The notes under the pieces were generated by a model that saw nothing but the letters and a program-made list of their open reading frames with translations, was not told where the DNA came from and searched no databases. DNA of 64,000 nt from Oscillospiraceae bacterium. Its GTDB lineage: Bacteria; Bacillota; Clostridia; Oscillospirales; CAG-382. The stretch covers positions 19,996-83,995 of the forward strand of contig SVRW01000003.1 in the NCBI GenBank assembly GCA_015064625.1, in the 5' to 3' direction. Positions 8,782-19,387 of this stretch are shown in pieces; within the stretch, counting starts at the first letter, position 1, and the number at the start of each line of letters is the position of its first letter. The position numbers were made by a program, and so were the translations under genes.

Positions 8782-10995
8782 ATGGCAAAAAGAAAAAAGC
8801 CGATGCCTAAATTTGTTGAGGCGGCGGTTGAAAATATAGAGGTAACAAACGTTCTGGAAAAGAATTTTATGCCATACGCCATGAGCGTTATCATTTCCAG
8901 AGCTATTCCCGAAATAGACGGCTTCAAGCCTTCCCAAAGAAAGATTCTTTATACAATGTATAAAAAAGGCTTGCTCGGCGGAGCGTTTGCCAAATCAGCT
9001 ATAGTTTCGGGCGCGGCAATGGTTTATAACCCTCACGGTGATGCCGCTAACTATGAAACAATGGTGAGACTCACCAAAGGCAGAGAATCTCTTCTCCATC
9101 CTTTTGTTGATTCTAAAGGAACTTTCGGTAAACATTACTCCGATACGCCTTGTGCCGCTTCACGTTATACCGAAGTAAGGCTGATGAAATTCTGCGAGGA
9201 GATTTTCGGAGGTATTGACCGTGATTCCGTGGATTTTGTACCTAACTTTGATAACACGGAAACCGAACCTACAATATTGCCTGTAAGCTTTCCTAATATA
9301 CTTGTGTCTCCAAACTCGGGTATTGCCGTAAGCCTTGCAAGTAATATCTGTTCCTTCAACCTTGGGGAAATATGTGACGTAACCACGGCTTATCTGAAAA
9401 ATGAGAAAATAACTATCGACGAGGTTCTGGACATATTGAAAGCTCCCGATTTCTCAACGGGAGGACTTCTCATCTATGACAGAGAAAAGCTGAAGGAAAT
9501 ATATCAAACGGGTAAAGGAAGCTTTAAGGTAAGAGCAAAATATTCCTTTGACCCTTCTTATAACTGTATTGAAGTAACGGAAATTCCCTATACTACCACA
9601 GTTGAAAAAATAAGGGATTCCATTGTTGCTCTCGTCAAAAAAGGCTCGGTTCGTGATATAACTGACGTTCGTGACGAAATTGACATAAACGGTCTGAAGC
9701 TTACTATTGACTTGAAAAAGGGCGCAAATCCTGAAAAGATAATGGCAAAGCTTTTCAAATCAACGCCTCTTGAGGATTCATTCCCTTGCAATTTCAACGT
9801 GCTTGTGGGCGGTGTTCCTCGTCTTATGGGAATTACGGATATTCTCGAAGAATGGTGTGCATTCCGTGAGGAATGTCTGAGACGTGAATTTTTGTTTGAG
9901 CTTAACAAAAAGAGAGAAAAACTTCATCTTCTTTTCGGCTTGAAGGAAATTCTGCTTGATATTGATAAAGCTATAAGAATTGTCAGAAATACGGAAAACG
10001 ATGCGGAAGTCGTTCCAAACTTGATGGCTGGCTTCGGAATAGATCAAGTTCAGGCTGAATACGTTGCTGAAATAAAGTTGAGAAACTTGAATAAACAGTA
10101 CATCTTAAAGCGTCTTGACGAGATAGAAGATCTTGAAAAGCGTATAAACGAGCTTAATGAGCTTCTTGATTCGCCTAAAAAGATAAAGAAATATATAATA
10201 AAACAGCTCTCTAAAATAAAGGAAAAATATGCTATTCCCCGTAAGACCTTTTTCCTTACGGAAGTTGAGGAATACGTGGAAACGGCGGAGGATATTCCCG
10301 ATTATCCCGTTGTTATGTTCCTTTCAAAAGAGGGATACTTCAAGAAATGCACACCTGCTTCTCTCAGAGGAAATGACGTACAAAGCTATAAAGAGGGAGA
10401 TGAGCTTCTTTTCTCCCGCGAAACAACCAATAAAGCTTCCCTTATATTCTTTACAACAAAGGGGCAGGTTTATAAATCCCGCATGAATGATTTTACAGAA
10501 GTAAAGGCTTCTGCTCTTGGAGACTATATTCCTACCGCCTTGAATTTTGAGGATGGCGAAAGGGTTGTTGCAGGCTTCTGCATTGATAATTATGAAGGCG
10601 GGTATACACTTTTCTTCGAAAACGGAAAGGCTGTAAGAATCCCTGCAAAATCCTATGAAACTAAATTGAACCGTAAAAAGCTTTCTTCCGCTTTCTACGA
10701 CGGTTCTCCTGCAGTTGCAATTTATCAGAGCGAAACGGCAAAGGAATACCTTATGCTGTCAGATGCAGGAAAAGCGCTTCTTGTCAAGGAAACACAAATT
10801 GTGGAAAAATCCACCAGATCTTCCATGGGTGCTTCCGTTATGACACTTAAAGGAAATCAAAAGGTTGAAAAGGTAACTCCTTACGACCCTGAAAAGAATA
10901 AACTTACGAAAGAATCCAAATACAGAAAGTCAAAGCTTCCCTCTGCGGGAGCTGCTTTCGAGGAACTGGAAGCAAAACAGCAAACGCTGTTTTAG
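8782..10995 (+). CDS. type IIA topoisomerase A subunit (divergent GyrA/ParC-like)
   Basis: YAMSVIISRAIP, DGFKPSQR, PHGD, catalytic AASRYTE; no GyrA-box seen. Confidence 0.9.
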   Translation: MAKRKKPMPKFVEAAVENIEVTNVLEKNFMPYAMSVIISRAIPEIDGFKPSQRKILYTMYKKGLLGGAFAKSAIVSGAAMVYNPHGDAANYETMVRLTKGRESLLHPFVDSKGTFGKHYSDTPCAASRYTEVRLMKFCEEIFGGIDRDSVDFVPNFDNTETEPTILPVSFPNILVSPNSGIAVSLASNICSFNLGEICDVTTAYLKNEKITIDEVLDILKAPDFSTGGLLIYDREKLKEIYQTGKGSFKVRAKYSFDPSYNCIEVTEIPYTTTVEKIRDSIVALVKKGSVRDITDVRDEIDINGLKLTIDLKKGANPEKIMAKLFKSTPLEDSFPCNFNVLVGGVPRLMGITDILEEWCAFREECLRREFLFELNKKREKLHLLFGLKEILLDIDKAIRIVRNTENDAEVVPNLMAGFGIDQVQAEYVAEIKLRNLNKQYILKRLDEIEDLEKRINELNELLDSPKKIKKYIIKQLSKIKEKYAIPRKTFFLTEVEEYVETAEDIPDYPVVMFLSKEGYFKKCTPASLRGNDVQSYKEGDELLFSRETTNKASLIFFTTKGQVYKSRMNDFTEVKASALGDYIPTALNFEDGERVVAGFCIDNYEGGYTLFFENGKAVRIPAKSYETKLNRKKLSSAFYDGSPAVAIYQSETAKEYLMLSDAGKALLVKETQIVEKSTRSSMGASVMTLKGNQKVEKVTPYDPEKNKLTKESKYRKSKLPSAGAAFEELEAKQQTLF

Positions 10996-11013
10996 CAATG
11001 AAAGGAAATAATT

Positions 11014-12006
11014 TTGACTGACGCAAAAACTAAAAGCAGTAATTATATAATATATATGATACTCGTCGTTGCAATAGGCGTAATAACCGCATCTACGGGA
11101 GATATTTCCCAGACAATGCTTTCTGCTGCAGCAGGCGGCGGTCTCTTTGCCGCTTTATGTATGACGAAGCGGAAAATATGGGCTTCTCTTATACCCGTTA
11201 TAGCAACGCCTGGAATTGTCTACCTTATGACTCGAAGTCTTGACTGTACGGCTTTGTCCTTGTCATTTTTGCCAGTAGGTCTTTTGGTATATTATGGAAT
11301 GGCGAAAAAGCTTTCCAGAATGCAGACAGTAATCAGAGTTTTAGGTGTTATGCTTTTGTTTTACGGGGCTGTTCAGGCGGTATACGTTTACGTACTTTTC
11401 GGCAGTCTTACCCCTGAAACCATTTCAAAATTCGTTGAATTGAATCTTGATGTGTTCAGAATATTCTACTCACAGTTGAGAGAGTTCTATATAGCAAATG
11501 GACTGGAAATAGACAAGCTTTTCACAGAGGAGCTTATTGAACACGTAATCGAAGAAACGAGAGTTATGTGGTTTGGATACGCATTGGCTGCTTTTGGAGT
11601 TTTGGGATTCGTTTCAACAGCTATTGCAAAGGCGTTATGCAAAAAAGAAGGAGCTTTCCCAAAAGAATGCGGAGATTGGAAACTGGTTTTTTCAAAAGTC
11701 GGTGCGTTGGTGTTCATTTTTGCATATATTGCAGGAAACCTTTACTCATCTGAAACCGAAGGACTTTATCTTGCATTTGCTATAAATGCAATATGCTTCG
11801 GTCTTTCACCAGCAGTTCTGTATATGGGAGCATCAAAAATTCTTGGGAAAATCCGTGCATCAAAGAGAACGAGTGCATTGATAACGTTCCTCATAGCTAT
11901 ATCGGTTTTCGGACATTACGTTTTACTCTTTATGCTTATTGTGGGAATATATGTAACTCTTACCTATGAAGAAAAAGATGCGGTGAGTCCTACTGAAGAA
12001 AAATAA
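11014..12006 (+). CDS. YybS/DUF2232-like membrane protein
   Basis: multi-TM protein in the conserved position upstream of gdpP-rplI. Confidence 0.65.
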   Translation: MTDAKTKSSNYIIYMILVVAIGVITASTGDISQTMLSAAAGGGLFAALCMTKRKIWASLIPVIATPGIVYLMTRSLDCTALSLSFLPVGLLVYYGMAKKLSRMQTVIRVLGVMLLFYGAVQAVYVYVLFGSLTPETISKFVELNLDVFRIFYSQLREFYIANGLEIDKLFTEELIEHVIEETRVMWFGYALAAFGVLGFVSTAIAKALCKKEGAFPKECGDWKLVFSKVGALVFIFAYIAGNLYSSETEGLYLAFAINAICFGLSPAVLYMGASKILGKIRASKRTSALITFLIAISVFGHYVLLFMLIVGIYVTLTYEEKDAVSPTEEK

Positions 12007-12031
12007 AAAAGTTTAAATTCGAGGAAAATTT

Positions 12032-14005
12032 ATGGGATTGAATCTGAAAAATAAATTGTCTCCCGAAAAATTCAATATTATCGGCTTGCTTGTAATGCTT
12101 CTGGTAATATCATCCATAGCAACTACGTTTGATTTTGTTCTTGGAATTATTTGCTTTGTTTCCACTTTTATATCCGTTGCAATTTCCTGCTTCGTTCTTT
12201 TATGGGGAAACAAAAAAGGCGTTCTTGAATATACAAGAAGCTTCAGTGAAAAATTTGCCAAACGAAGCCATGATGTTTTTCTGGTTGTTGACGAGGATGA
12301 CAGAATAGTATGGAAAAGCGGGTCTGCCGATTCGTATTTCAATATAAATATGCCTCTTAAGCCAACGCTTGCGCAAATAACCAGCGGTGAGCTTTCCGCT
12401 TTGAGACTTATTGATTACGTTAAGGCAAACGGCAGCGAGCCGATGATTTTAAATCTGGATGATATCTGTTTCAGCATCGTATCCCAAGCGGAAGTTATAA
12501 ACGAAAAGAAATATATATTCATTTGCCTTTCCGATATAACAGAGCTTGAAGAAGCTAAATCATTGCTCAAATCAAGAGATTTGGCTGTGGCATATGCCAT
12601 GATTGACAACGCTTCGGAAGCTATGGTTTACGTAAGCGAAAAAGGACGTGCAGATTCTCTGCGAATTTCTTCTGCATTGAGTTCATGGGTTCAGTCTGTA
12701 AACGGAATCATAAGAGAATACGACAGAGATAAATATATAATATTTTTTGAAGCCGGACAGCTTGAAACGCTCATAAAGGACAGATTTTCCTTTATGGATA
12801 ATATAAACACATCTCCTGCAGATGCTTTTGAGATAAATCTTACTCTTTCCCTTGGCGTTGCATACGTTGAAGGAACGTTGGCTGAAAAAGAGGAAGCGGC
12901 ACAGTCTGCTCTTGAATTGGCACTTCAACGCGGCGGTGCGCAGACGGCTGTTAAAACCAAGGAAGGAACGTATTCCTTCGGTGGACGTGTGAGATCTGTT
13001 CAAAAGCAGACGAAAATACGTTCACGTGTTGTAGCAAGTAAGCTTGTGTCTCTCGTTTGTAACTCTTCAAACGTTATTATAATGGGACATAAAAACGCAG
13101 ACTTTGACAGTATCGGTTCTTGCGTTGGACTTGCCAGACTTTGTATGCATTGCGGAGTTAAAGCCAATATTGTTGTAAACTTCAAGGATAAAGATGCAAA
13201 GGCGGCTATGGAGCATTTGGGCGATGCTTATTCGGAAATATTCGTTGATTCCATAACGGGTCAGGATCTCATAAAGCCCGAAACTCTTGTTATCGTTTCC
13301 GACGTGAGCAATCCTTTGATATTTGAATGTTCGGAAATTGTTGATAATGCGAAAGCATTCGTTATTATAGACCACCACAGACAAACGAAGGAATTTGAGA
13401 AAAAGCCGGATATATCATATATTGAGCCGACGGCATCTTCCGCTTCCGAGCTTGTTTGTGAAATATTGGAACACGTTATGCCTCCTGAGTCAACCTTGAA
13501 GGAGGAAGCGGATTTGCTGTATACGGGTATTCTTCTTGATACACAGAATTTCAGCAGAAATACAGGTGTTCGTACTTTTGGTGCGGCAATATTCCTGAAT
13601 AACATAGGCGGTAATATGGAGCGTGGCAGAGATATGTTGAAAGCAGATGCTTCTGAGTATAAAAAGCTTGCATCCATTCAGTCAGGCGTTACCGTATATA
13701 AATCCGTATACGCCATAACCGTTTATGAAAACGATGAATATAGCGAAAATAACCGTGTTATTGCCGCTAAAGCGGCGGATAACCTTTTGGGTATTGAGGG
13801 CATTAAAGCCACGTTTGTTCTTACAGCCGTTGATGGCGGGGTTCATATTTCAGCCCGTTCCGACGGTTCTGTAAACGTTGCCTTGCTTCTTGAATCCATA
13901 GGCGGCGGCGGACATTTTAATATGGCAGGAGCAAGACTTGAGAACGTGAGCATGGAAAATGCGGTTTTAGAGCTTAAGGATGCCATAGAAAAATACGAAA
14001 AATAA
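12032..14005 (+). CDS. gdpP: cyclic-di-AMP phosphodiesterase GdpP (TM, degenerate PAS/GGDEF, DHH-DHHA1)
   Basis: MGHKNADFD, IDHH, LLDT, SARS and GGGGH; synteny with rplI. Confidence 0.9.
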   Translation: MGLNLKNKLSPEKFNIIGLLVMLLVISSIATTFDFVLGIICFVSTFISVAISCFVLLWGNKKGVLEYTRSFSEKFAKRSHDVFLVVDEDDRIVWKSGSADSYFNINMPLKPTLAQITSGELSALRLIDYVKANGSEPMILNLDDICFSIVSQAEVINEKKYIFICLSDITELEEAKSLLKSRDLAVAYAMIDNASEAMVYVSEKGRADSLRISSALSSWVQSVNGIIREYDRDKYIIFFEAGQLETLIKDRFSFMDNINTSPADAFEINLTLSLGVAYVEGTLAEKEEAAQSALELALQRGGAQTAVKTKEGTYSFGGRVRSVQKQTKIRSRVVASKLVSLVCNSSNVIIMGHKNADFDSIGSCVGLARLCMHCGVKANIVVNFKDKDAKAAMEHLGDAYSEIFVDSITGQDLIKPETLVIVSDVSNPLIFECSEIVDNAKAFVIIDHHRQTKEFEKKPDISYIEPTASSASELVCEILEHVMPPESTLKEEADLLYTGILLDTQNFSRNTGVRTFGAAIFLNNIGGNMERGRDMLKADASEYKKLASIQSGVTVYKSVYAITVYENDEYSENNRVIAAKAADNLLGIEGIKATFVLTAVDGGVHISARSDGSVNVALLLESIGGGGHFNMAGARLENVSMENAVLELKDAIEKYEK

Positions 14006-14028
14006 TTGAGATATAAGGAGAGTGCGAT

Positions 14029-14472
14029 ATGAAGGTATTATTACTTCAGGATGTTAAAGCACAAGGCAAAAAAGGAGAAGTTATAACCGTTTCCGACGGA
14101 TATGCAAAGAACTTCCTTTTCCCTAGAAATCTTGCGAAGGAAGCAACTGCGCAGGTGTTAAGCGAGGTTAAAGCGAAGAACGATTCTGCCGCATACAAAA
14201 AGGAAACAGAGCGCAAAGCAGCGTTGGAGCTTGCAGAAAAAATAAATGGTTCTTCCATAACCTTTAAAACTACGGGTGGTTCTGATGGCAGACTTTATGG
14301 TGCCGTTACAACAAAGGACGTTTCTGATAAAATCAAGGAACAGCTTGGAATAACTGTTGATAAAAAGAAAATTGCTTTAAGCGATAACATCAAGAGAACG
14401 GGAGAATATACGGTAAAACTCAAGCTTTATCCCGAAATAAGCGCAGAGATCAAAATAATAGTTGAAGCGTAA
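14029..14472 (+). CDS. rplI: 50S ribosomal protein L9
   Basis: [20 protein letters not shown] and GRLYGAV. Confidence 0.98.
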   Translation: MKVLLLQDVKAQGKKGEVITVSDGYAKNFLFPRNLAKEATAQVLSEVKAKNDSAAYKKETERKAALELAEKINGSSITFKTTGGSDGRLYGAVTTKDVSDKIKEQLGITVDKKKIALSDNIKRTGEYTVKLKLYPEISAEIKIIVEA

Positions 14473-14481
14473 GGTGGAAAT

Positions 14482-15909
14482 ATGGATTCCCAAATCAATT
14501 CGACCATAGGTTCATTGAAACAAATGCCCTATTCCCTCGAAGCAGAGCAAGCGGTTTTAGGTGCAATACTTACCAATCCCGAACTGATAGAGCAAGTCCC
14601 ACAGTTGAGGGCAGACGATTTTTATCTCGATCAGCACAAGGTTATTTTTGAGGCAATGTTTGACCTTGCTTCAACGTCAAGACCTATTGACCCTGTCCTC
14701 ATCCTTGAAGCACTTGAAAAGAGTAAGCATTATGAAGGTCCGGACGCTGTCAAGTATCTGAAAATGCTCATAGATTCCTCTGCATATGCGGGAAACGTTA
14801 CGGAATATTCCGATATAATCCGTGATAAAGCTGTGTTGAGAAGGCTTATTGATGCATCCCGTGCAACTTCTGACGAGGCGTATTCGGGAGCTGATGATGT
14901 TGATGCTATCCTTGACAGAGCTGAACAGCGACTTCACGATATTTCCAACGAGAAATATAACACAAATTTCGTTCATATAAAGCAGGCGATTCGTGAAAAT
15001 TACGATATATGGGGCGTTTTAAGGAACAATCCCGATGCATTTTCGGGAACAAAAACGGGATATTCCGATCTGGATAATTATATCGTTGGCATGAACCCCG
15101 GTGACCTTATAATAGTTGGTGCACGTCCTGGTATGGGTAAAACCACCTTTTGTATGAATTTGGCAGTTAACGTGGCGAAATCCTATAAAGAGGGAACAGA
15201 ACCACCTGACGTTGCTGTGTTTTCTTTGGAAATGCCTCCTCAACAGCTTGCATCCCGAATGCTCGCTGGAGAAGCTCTCGTTGACCATCATAAGTTGAGA
15301 ACAGGTGATATGACCGACGATGAATGGAAAAAGTTGGCTCAAGCCGCTTCCGTTCTTGCAAAAACCAATATTCTTATAGATGAAACTTCAAATATTACCG
15401 TTATGAATATGAGGTCCAAGTTGAGAAAGCTGAAAAATTTAAAGCTTGTTATAATCGACTACTTACAGCTTATGCATACGGAAAAACATTCCGATAACAG
15501 AGTCCTTGAAATCGGTGAAATAACGAGAGGTCTTAAGCTTATGGCGAAGGATTTAGGGGTTCCCCTTGTTCTTTGCTCACAGCTTCGCCGTGAACAAAGT
15601 GCTGCAGGGGGAAGATCGGGAAAATCCTTGCCACAGCTTCACGATCTTCGTGATTCAGGTTCAATCGAGCAGGATGCTGACGTTGTTCTTTTCCTGCACA
15701 GAGACAGCTACGGACAATACGGAGATAAGCCTGAAGGCGGTGAAGACGGAGCGCAAGAGGTAGCGACTACTGCCGTTATGGGTGAAAACGAAATTGAAAT
15801 TGCAAAATGCATCGTTGCTAAAAACCGTCACGGTTCTACGGGAACGGTTAAACTTGCATGGCTTGCAAAGAATTACAGATTCGTGTCTGTGGAAAATCGT
15901 GGAGAATAA
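14482..15909 (+). CDS. dnaB: replicative DNA helicase
   Basis: EAEQAVLG, ARPGMGKT, SLEM, IDYLQL, DLRDSGSIEQDAD and KNRHG. Confidence 0.97.
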   Translation: MDSQINSTIGSLKQMPYSLEAEQAVLGAILTNPELIEQVPQLRADDFYLDQHKVIFEAMFDLASTSRPIDPVLILEALEKSKHYEGPDAVKYLKMLIDSSAYAGNVTEYSDIIRDKAVLRRLIDASRATSDEAYSGADDVDAILDRAEQRLHDISNEKYNTNFVHIKQAIRENYDIWGVLRNNPDAFSGTKTGYSDLDNYIVGMNPGDLIIVGARPGMGKTTFCMNLAVNVAKSYKEGTEPPDVAVFSLEMPPQQLASRMLAGEALVDHHKLRTGDMTDDEWKKLAQAASVLAKTNILIDETSNITVMNMRSKLRKLKNLKLVIIDYLQLMHTEKHSDNRVLEIGEITRGLKLMAKDLGVPLVLCSQLRREQSAAGGRSGKSLPQLHDLRDSGSIEQDADVVLFLHRDSYGQYGDKPEGGEDGAQEVATTAVMGENEIEIAKCIVAKNRHGSTGTVKLAWLAKNYRFVSVENRGE

Positions 15910-15912
15910 CCA

Positions 15913-17241
15913 TTGATACTAAAAAAAATAAACGGTTTCTTTGAGAAATACCAAATCAATTTAAAAAATAGAAATATCTGTGTTTGCTTGTCTGGCGGAG
16001 CAGATTCCGTTGCACTTTTATGTGCTTTGTGTCAGCTTCAGAAAAGGGAAGAATTTTTCCTTTCTGCTGTTCATGTCAACCATCATATAAGAGACGGTGA
16101 GGCGGATAGAGATGAACTTTTTTGCGTATCTATTTGTGAAAACAAAAAAGTGAAGCTCTATATTGAAAACGTTTATGCCGTTGAAGAATCCAGAAAAAGC
16201 GGTGAAGGTCTGGAGGAAACGGCGAGAAAGTTAAGATACGGCGTTTTTGAAAAGCTGAAGGAATCCGAAAATATAGATTTCTTCTTAACCGCTCACCATG
16301 CGAATGATACGGCTGAAACCGTTGTTTTTAACATTCTTCGTGGATGCGGAGTAACGGGTCTTGCTGGAATCCCTGCTGTGAGAGGCTTTTACCTAAGACC
16401 GCTTATAGAATGTACGCGGGAGGAAATACTTACGTTTCTCTCCGAAAAAGGTGAAAGCTACGTTGAAGACAGTACAAATAAGGATGAAGCTTATACGAGA
16501 AACTATATAAGACATACCTTGTTTGGTGACTTTTCAAGGGTCAATCCCGATTTTTTAAGTGCTATATTGAGACTTTCTGAAAGCGCAAAACAGGATGAAG
16601 ACTATTTTGCTTGTGAGTTGGCTAAAATAGATGAAGAAACCGACCTGTCCGTTTTACACCCGTCCGTATCATCAAGAGCGATATGTAAGCGATATAGCGA
16701 AATATCAGCAGGTGAGGGGCTTTCTTCAGTACACGTTAAGCAGATAATTTTATGCTTATCGTCCAAGGAAGAAAAGAAATGCGATTTGCCCTTCGGAATA
16801 AAGGCATACGTTAAAGACGGCAGAGTGACTTTTTCAAAATCCGAAAGATTTGAAAAATGGGATGCAGGCGAAAAATTTCCAATTTCTTTAGGAGAGACGG
16901 TTCTGGAAAACGGAGTTTTGCTGAAGCTTTCCAAAGAATACGTAAAAATTGATAAATTTTCCGATTTTCCGTTGCAGATAGTGTTGGACGGTGACAAAAT
17001 AAAAGGAAACCTATATGCAAGGAAAAGGGAACAAGGCGATAAAATACAATGCCGAGGCGTAAGACGAAGCGTAAGCAAGGAGCTTATGAATCTGAAAATA
17101 CCGAAGCATATTAGAGACGCAATTCCCATAATATGTGACGACGAGGGCGTGGTTTTCGTGCCGTACGTTGGGGCGTGTGACTGGGTGTTTGCTAAAGAAA
17201 AGGTGATTTTTCCATTGTTGCTGACGGTGGAGATGAACTGA
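15913..17241 (+). CDS. tilS: tRNA(Ile)-lysidine synthetase
   Basis: SGGADS, ARKLRY, TAHHAND, RPL, DSTN and RNYIRH. Confidence 0.95.
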   Translation: MILKKINGFFEKYQINLKNRNICVCLSGGADSVALLCALCQLQKREEFFLSAVHVNHHIRDGEADRDELFCVSICENKKVKLYIENVYAVEESRKSGEGLEETARKLRYGVFEKLKESENIDFFLTAHHANDTAETVVFNILRGCGVTGLAGIPAVRGFYLRPLIECTREEILTFLSEKGESYVEDSTNKDEAYTRNYIRHTLFGDFSRVNPDFLSAILRLSESAKQDEDYFACELAKIDEETDLSVLHPSVSSRAICKRYSEISAGEGLSSVHVKQIILCLSSKEEKKCDLPFGIKAYVKDGRVTFSKSERFEKWDAGEKFPISLGETVLENGVLLKLSKEYVKIDKFSDFPLQIVLDGDKIKGNLYARKREQGDKIQCRGVRRSVSKELMNLKIPKHIRDAIPIICDDEGVVFVPYVGACDWVFAKEKVIFPLLLTVEMN

Positions 17242-17288
17242 ATACATTTTTAATTGATAAGCGGTAAAAAACGAAAGGAAAAAATCTG

Positions 17289-19331
17289 ATGAAGGGCAGC
17301 CTTAAAACTTTAATTTTCTACGTTGTGGTTATAGTTGCAATTTTTGCTGTGTCTGTGTTTTTTATGGGTACAAAGCCCGAAAACCAACCCGTATACAGCG
17401 ATATAATCACATATTTTGAAAAAGGAGAGGTAACGGAGTTTACCGTTGACCACACCAATATCCTTGAAATGAAGCTGAAGGATGGGAAAACCATTGAATA
17501 TCAGCTGAGAGACACGAGAATGTTCATGGAGCATATAGAAGGTCATCTCGAAAACGTTAAATACGACCTTAAGGTAAAAGAACAGCAACCCTGGTGGGTT
17601 CAGTTCTTGCCTTATGTTATAATTATATTGGTTCTTGTTGCTGCTTGGACTTTCTTTATAAATAAGGTTTCCAAGGGCACGTCCAATACTGCAGGCGGGC
17701 CAGGAAGCGGCGGTCTTGGCGGCAGAATGAACAGCTTTACCAAAGCAAGAACCAAAATGGGAACAAGCGAAAAGGAAAAAGTCACCTTCAAGGACGTTGC
17801 AGGCGCAGACGAAGAAAAAGAAGAGCTTGAAGAAATCGTTGACTTCCTCAAAGCTCCAGAAAAGTTTTCTTCACTTGGTGCAAAAATTCCAAAGGGCGTT
17901 CTTCTTATGGGCTCTCCGGGTACTGGTAAAACCTTGCTTGCAAAAGCGGTTGCAGGTGAAGCAGGAGTTCCTTTCTTCTCAATTTCGGGTTCGGACTTCG
18001 TTGAAATGTACGTAGGCGTTGGTGCTTCCCGTGTTCGTGATCTTTTCGAAACGGCAAAAAAATCCGCTCCTTGTATCATCTTTATCGATGAAATTGACGC
18101 TGTCGGCAGACATAGAGGCGCAGGCTGGGGCGGCGGACATGATGAAAGAGAACAGACCTTGAACCAGCTCCTCGTTGAAATGGATGGCTTCGGAGGACAG
18201 GGCGGTGTTATCGTTATTGCCGCTACAAACAGACCTGATATATTAGACCCTGCACTTCTCAGACCTGGAAGATTTGACAGACAGATAGCAGTTAACGTCC
18301 CCGACATAAAGGGAAGAGAAGAGATATTGAAGGTTCACGCAAGAAATAAAAAGTTCGAAGAAGGCGTTAACTTCACAGAGGTTGCAAGAGCAACTGCAGG
18401 CTTTACGGGAGCGGACCTTGCAAACGTTCTTAACGAAGCGGCTCTCCTTGCCGTAAGAAAGGGAAAATCTTTAATTGGTATGACGGATATTGAGGAAGCT
18501 ATTATAAAGGTTATGGTAGGACCTCAAAAGAAATCCCGTGCTATGAAGGAAGAAGAAAAACGTGCTACTGCTTATCATGAAGCGGGTCACGCCATAGTTT
18601 CAAAATTTTGCAAAACCCAGAACCCTGTTCAGCAGATATCCATTATTCCAAGCGGAAGAGCCTTGGGATATACTCTCAATCCTCCTACAGAGGATAGATA
18701 CAGCGTATACAAGGGTGAATTGAAAGAAAAAATTGCAATGCTTCTTGGCGGCAGAGCCGCAGAGTCTCTCGTCCTTCACGATATCTCCGGCGGTGCTTCC
18801 AACGATATCGAAAGAGCAACGGATATTGCAAGAAAAATGGTAACCCAACTCGGTATGAGCGAAGAGCTTGGTCCTATTGTTTTCGGTACGGGACACGATG
18901 AGGTTTTCCTCGGAAAAGATTTCTCCAATTCAAGAAATTACAGCGAGGATATTGCTGCGAAAATTGATAAGGAAATCCATGATATCGTAACTGAAGCATA
19001 CAACCTTGCTATAAATATCTTGAAAGAGCATATGGATAAGCTTCATTTCATCTCTGAATATCTCGTTAAAAATGAAATTATGGATGGGGAACAGTTCCTC
19101 CGTGCTTTCGACGATGATGCTACCTTTGAAGCTCTTGATGAGATAAAGGCAAGAAAAGAAGCAAAGAGCCGTGAAGAAAACGAGAAAAAAGCGGCTGAAA
19201 ACAAAGAAGAAAAAGCGAAAGCTTCTGACGAATCCGAGGATTCTGAAAAAACGGAAGAAAAAAAGCTTGCAATATACCCCGATATTGAGGATGAGGAAGA
19301 AACTGAAAAATCCGAAAAAGACGGGGAGTAA
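17289..19331 (+). CDS. ftsH: ATP-dependent zinc metalloprotease FtsH
   Basis: two TMs, [16 protein letters not shown] and HEAGH. Confidence 0.97.
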   Translation: MKGSLKTLIFYVVVIVAIFAVSVFFMGTKPENQPVYSDIITYFEKGEVTEFTVDHTNILEMKLKDGKTIEYQLRDTRMFMEHIEGHLENVKYDLKVKEQQPWWVQFLPYVIIILVLVAAWTFFINKVSKGTSNTAGGPGSGGLGGRMNSFTKARTKMGTSEKEKVTFKDVAGADEEKEELEEIVDFLKAPEKFSSLGAKIPKGVLLMGSPGTGKTLLAKAVAGEAGVPFFSISGSDFVEMYVGVGASRVRDLFETAKKSAPCIIFIDEIDAVGRHRGAGWGGGHDEREQTLNQLLVEMDGFGGQGGVIVIAATNRPDILDPALLRPGRFDRQIAVNVPDIKGREEILKVHARNKKFEEGVNFTEVARATAGFTGADLANVLNEAALLAVRKGKSLIGMTDIEEAIIKVMVGPQKKSRAMKEEEKRATAYHEAGHAIVSKFCKTQNPVQQISIIPSGRALGYTLNPPTEDRYSVYKGELKEKIAMLLGGRAAESLVLHDISGGASNDIERATDIARKMVTQLGMSEELGPIVFGTGHDEVFLGKDFSNSRNYSEDIAAKIDKEIHDIVTEAYNLAINILKEHMDKLHFISEYLVKNEIMDGEQFLRAFDDDATFEALDEIKARKEAKSREENEKKAAENKEEKAKASDESEDSEKTEEKKLAIYPDIEDEEETEKSEKDGE

Positions 19332-19387
19332 ACAACGTTTAATTCTTTGATAAGTACCATTTTTCTATAAAAGAACGGAGAAAAAAT

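Noticed and set aside
8286-8937. Minus-strand ORFs spanning the gap between the topoisomerase genes
   Set aside because: They are translations of the repeat element and antisense coding DNA
17241-17289. Absence of hpt between tilS and ftsH
   Set aside because: Ordinary gene-order variation; no remnant is visible
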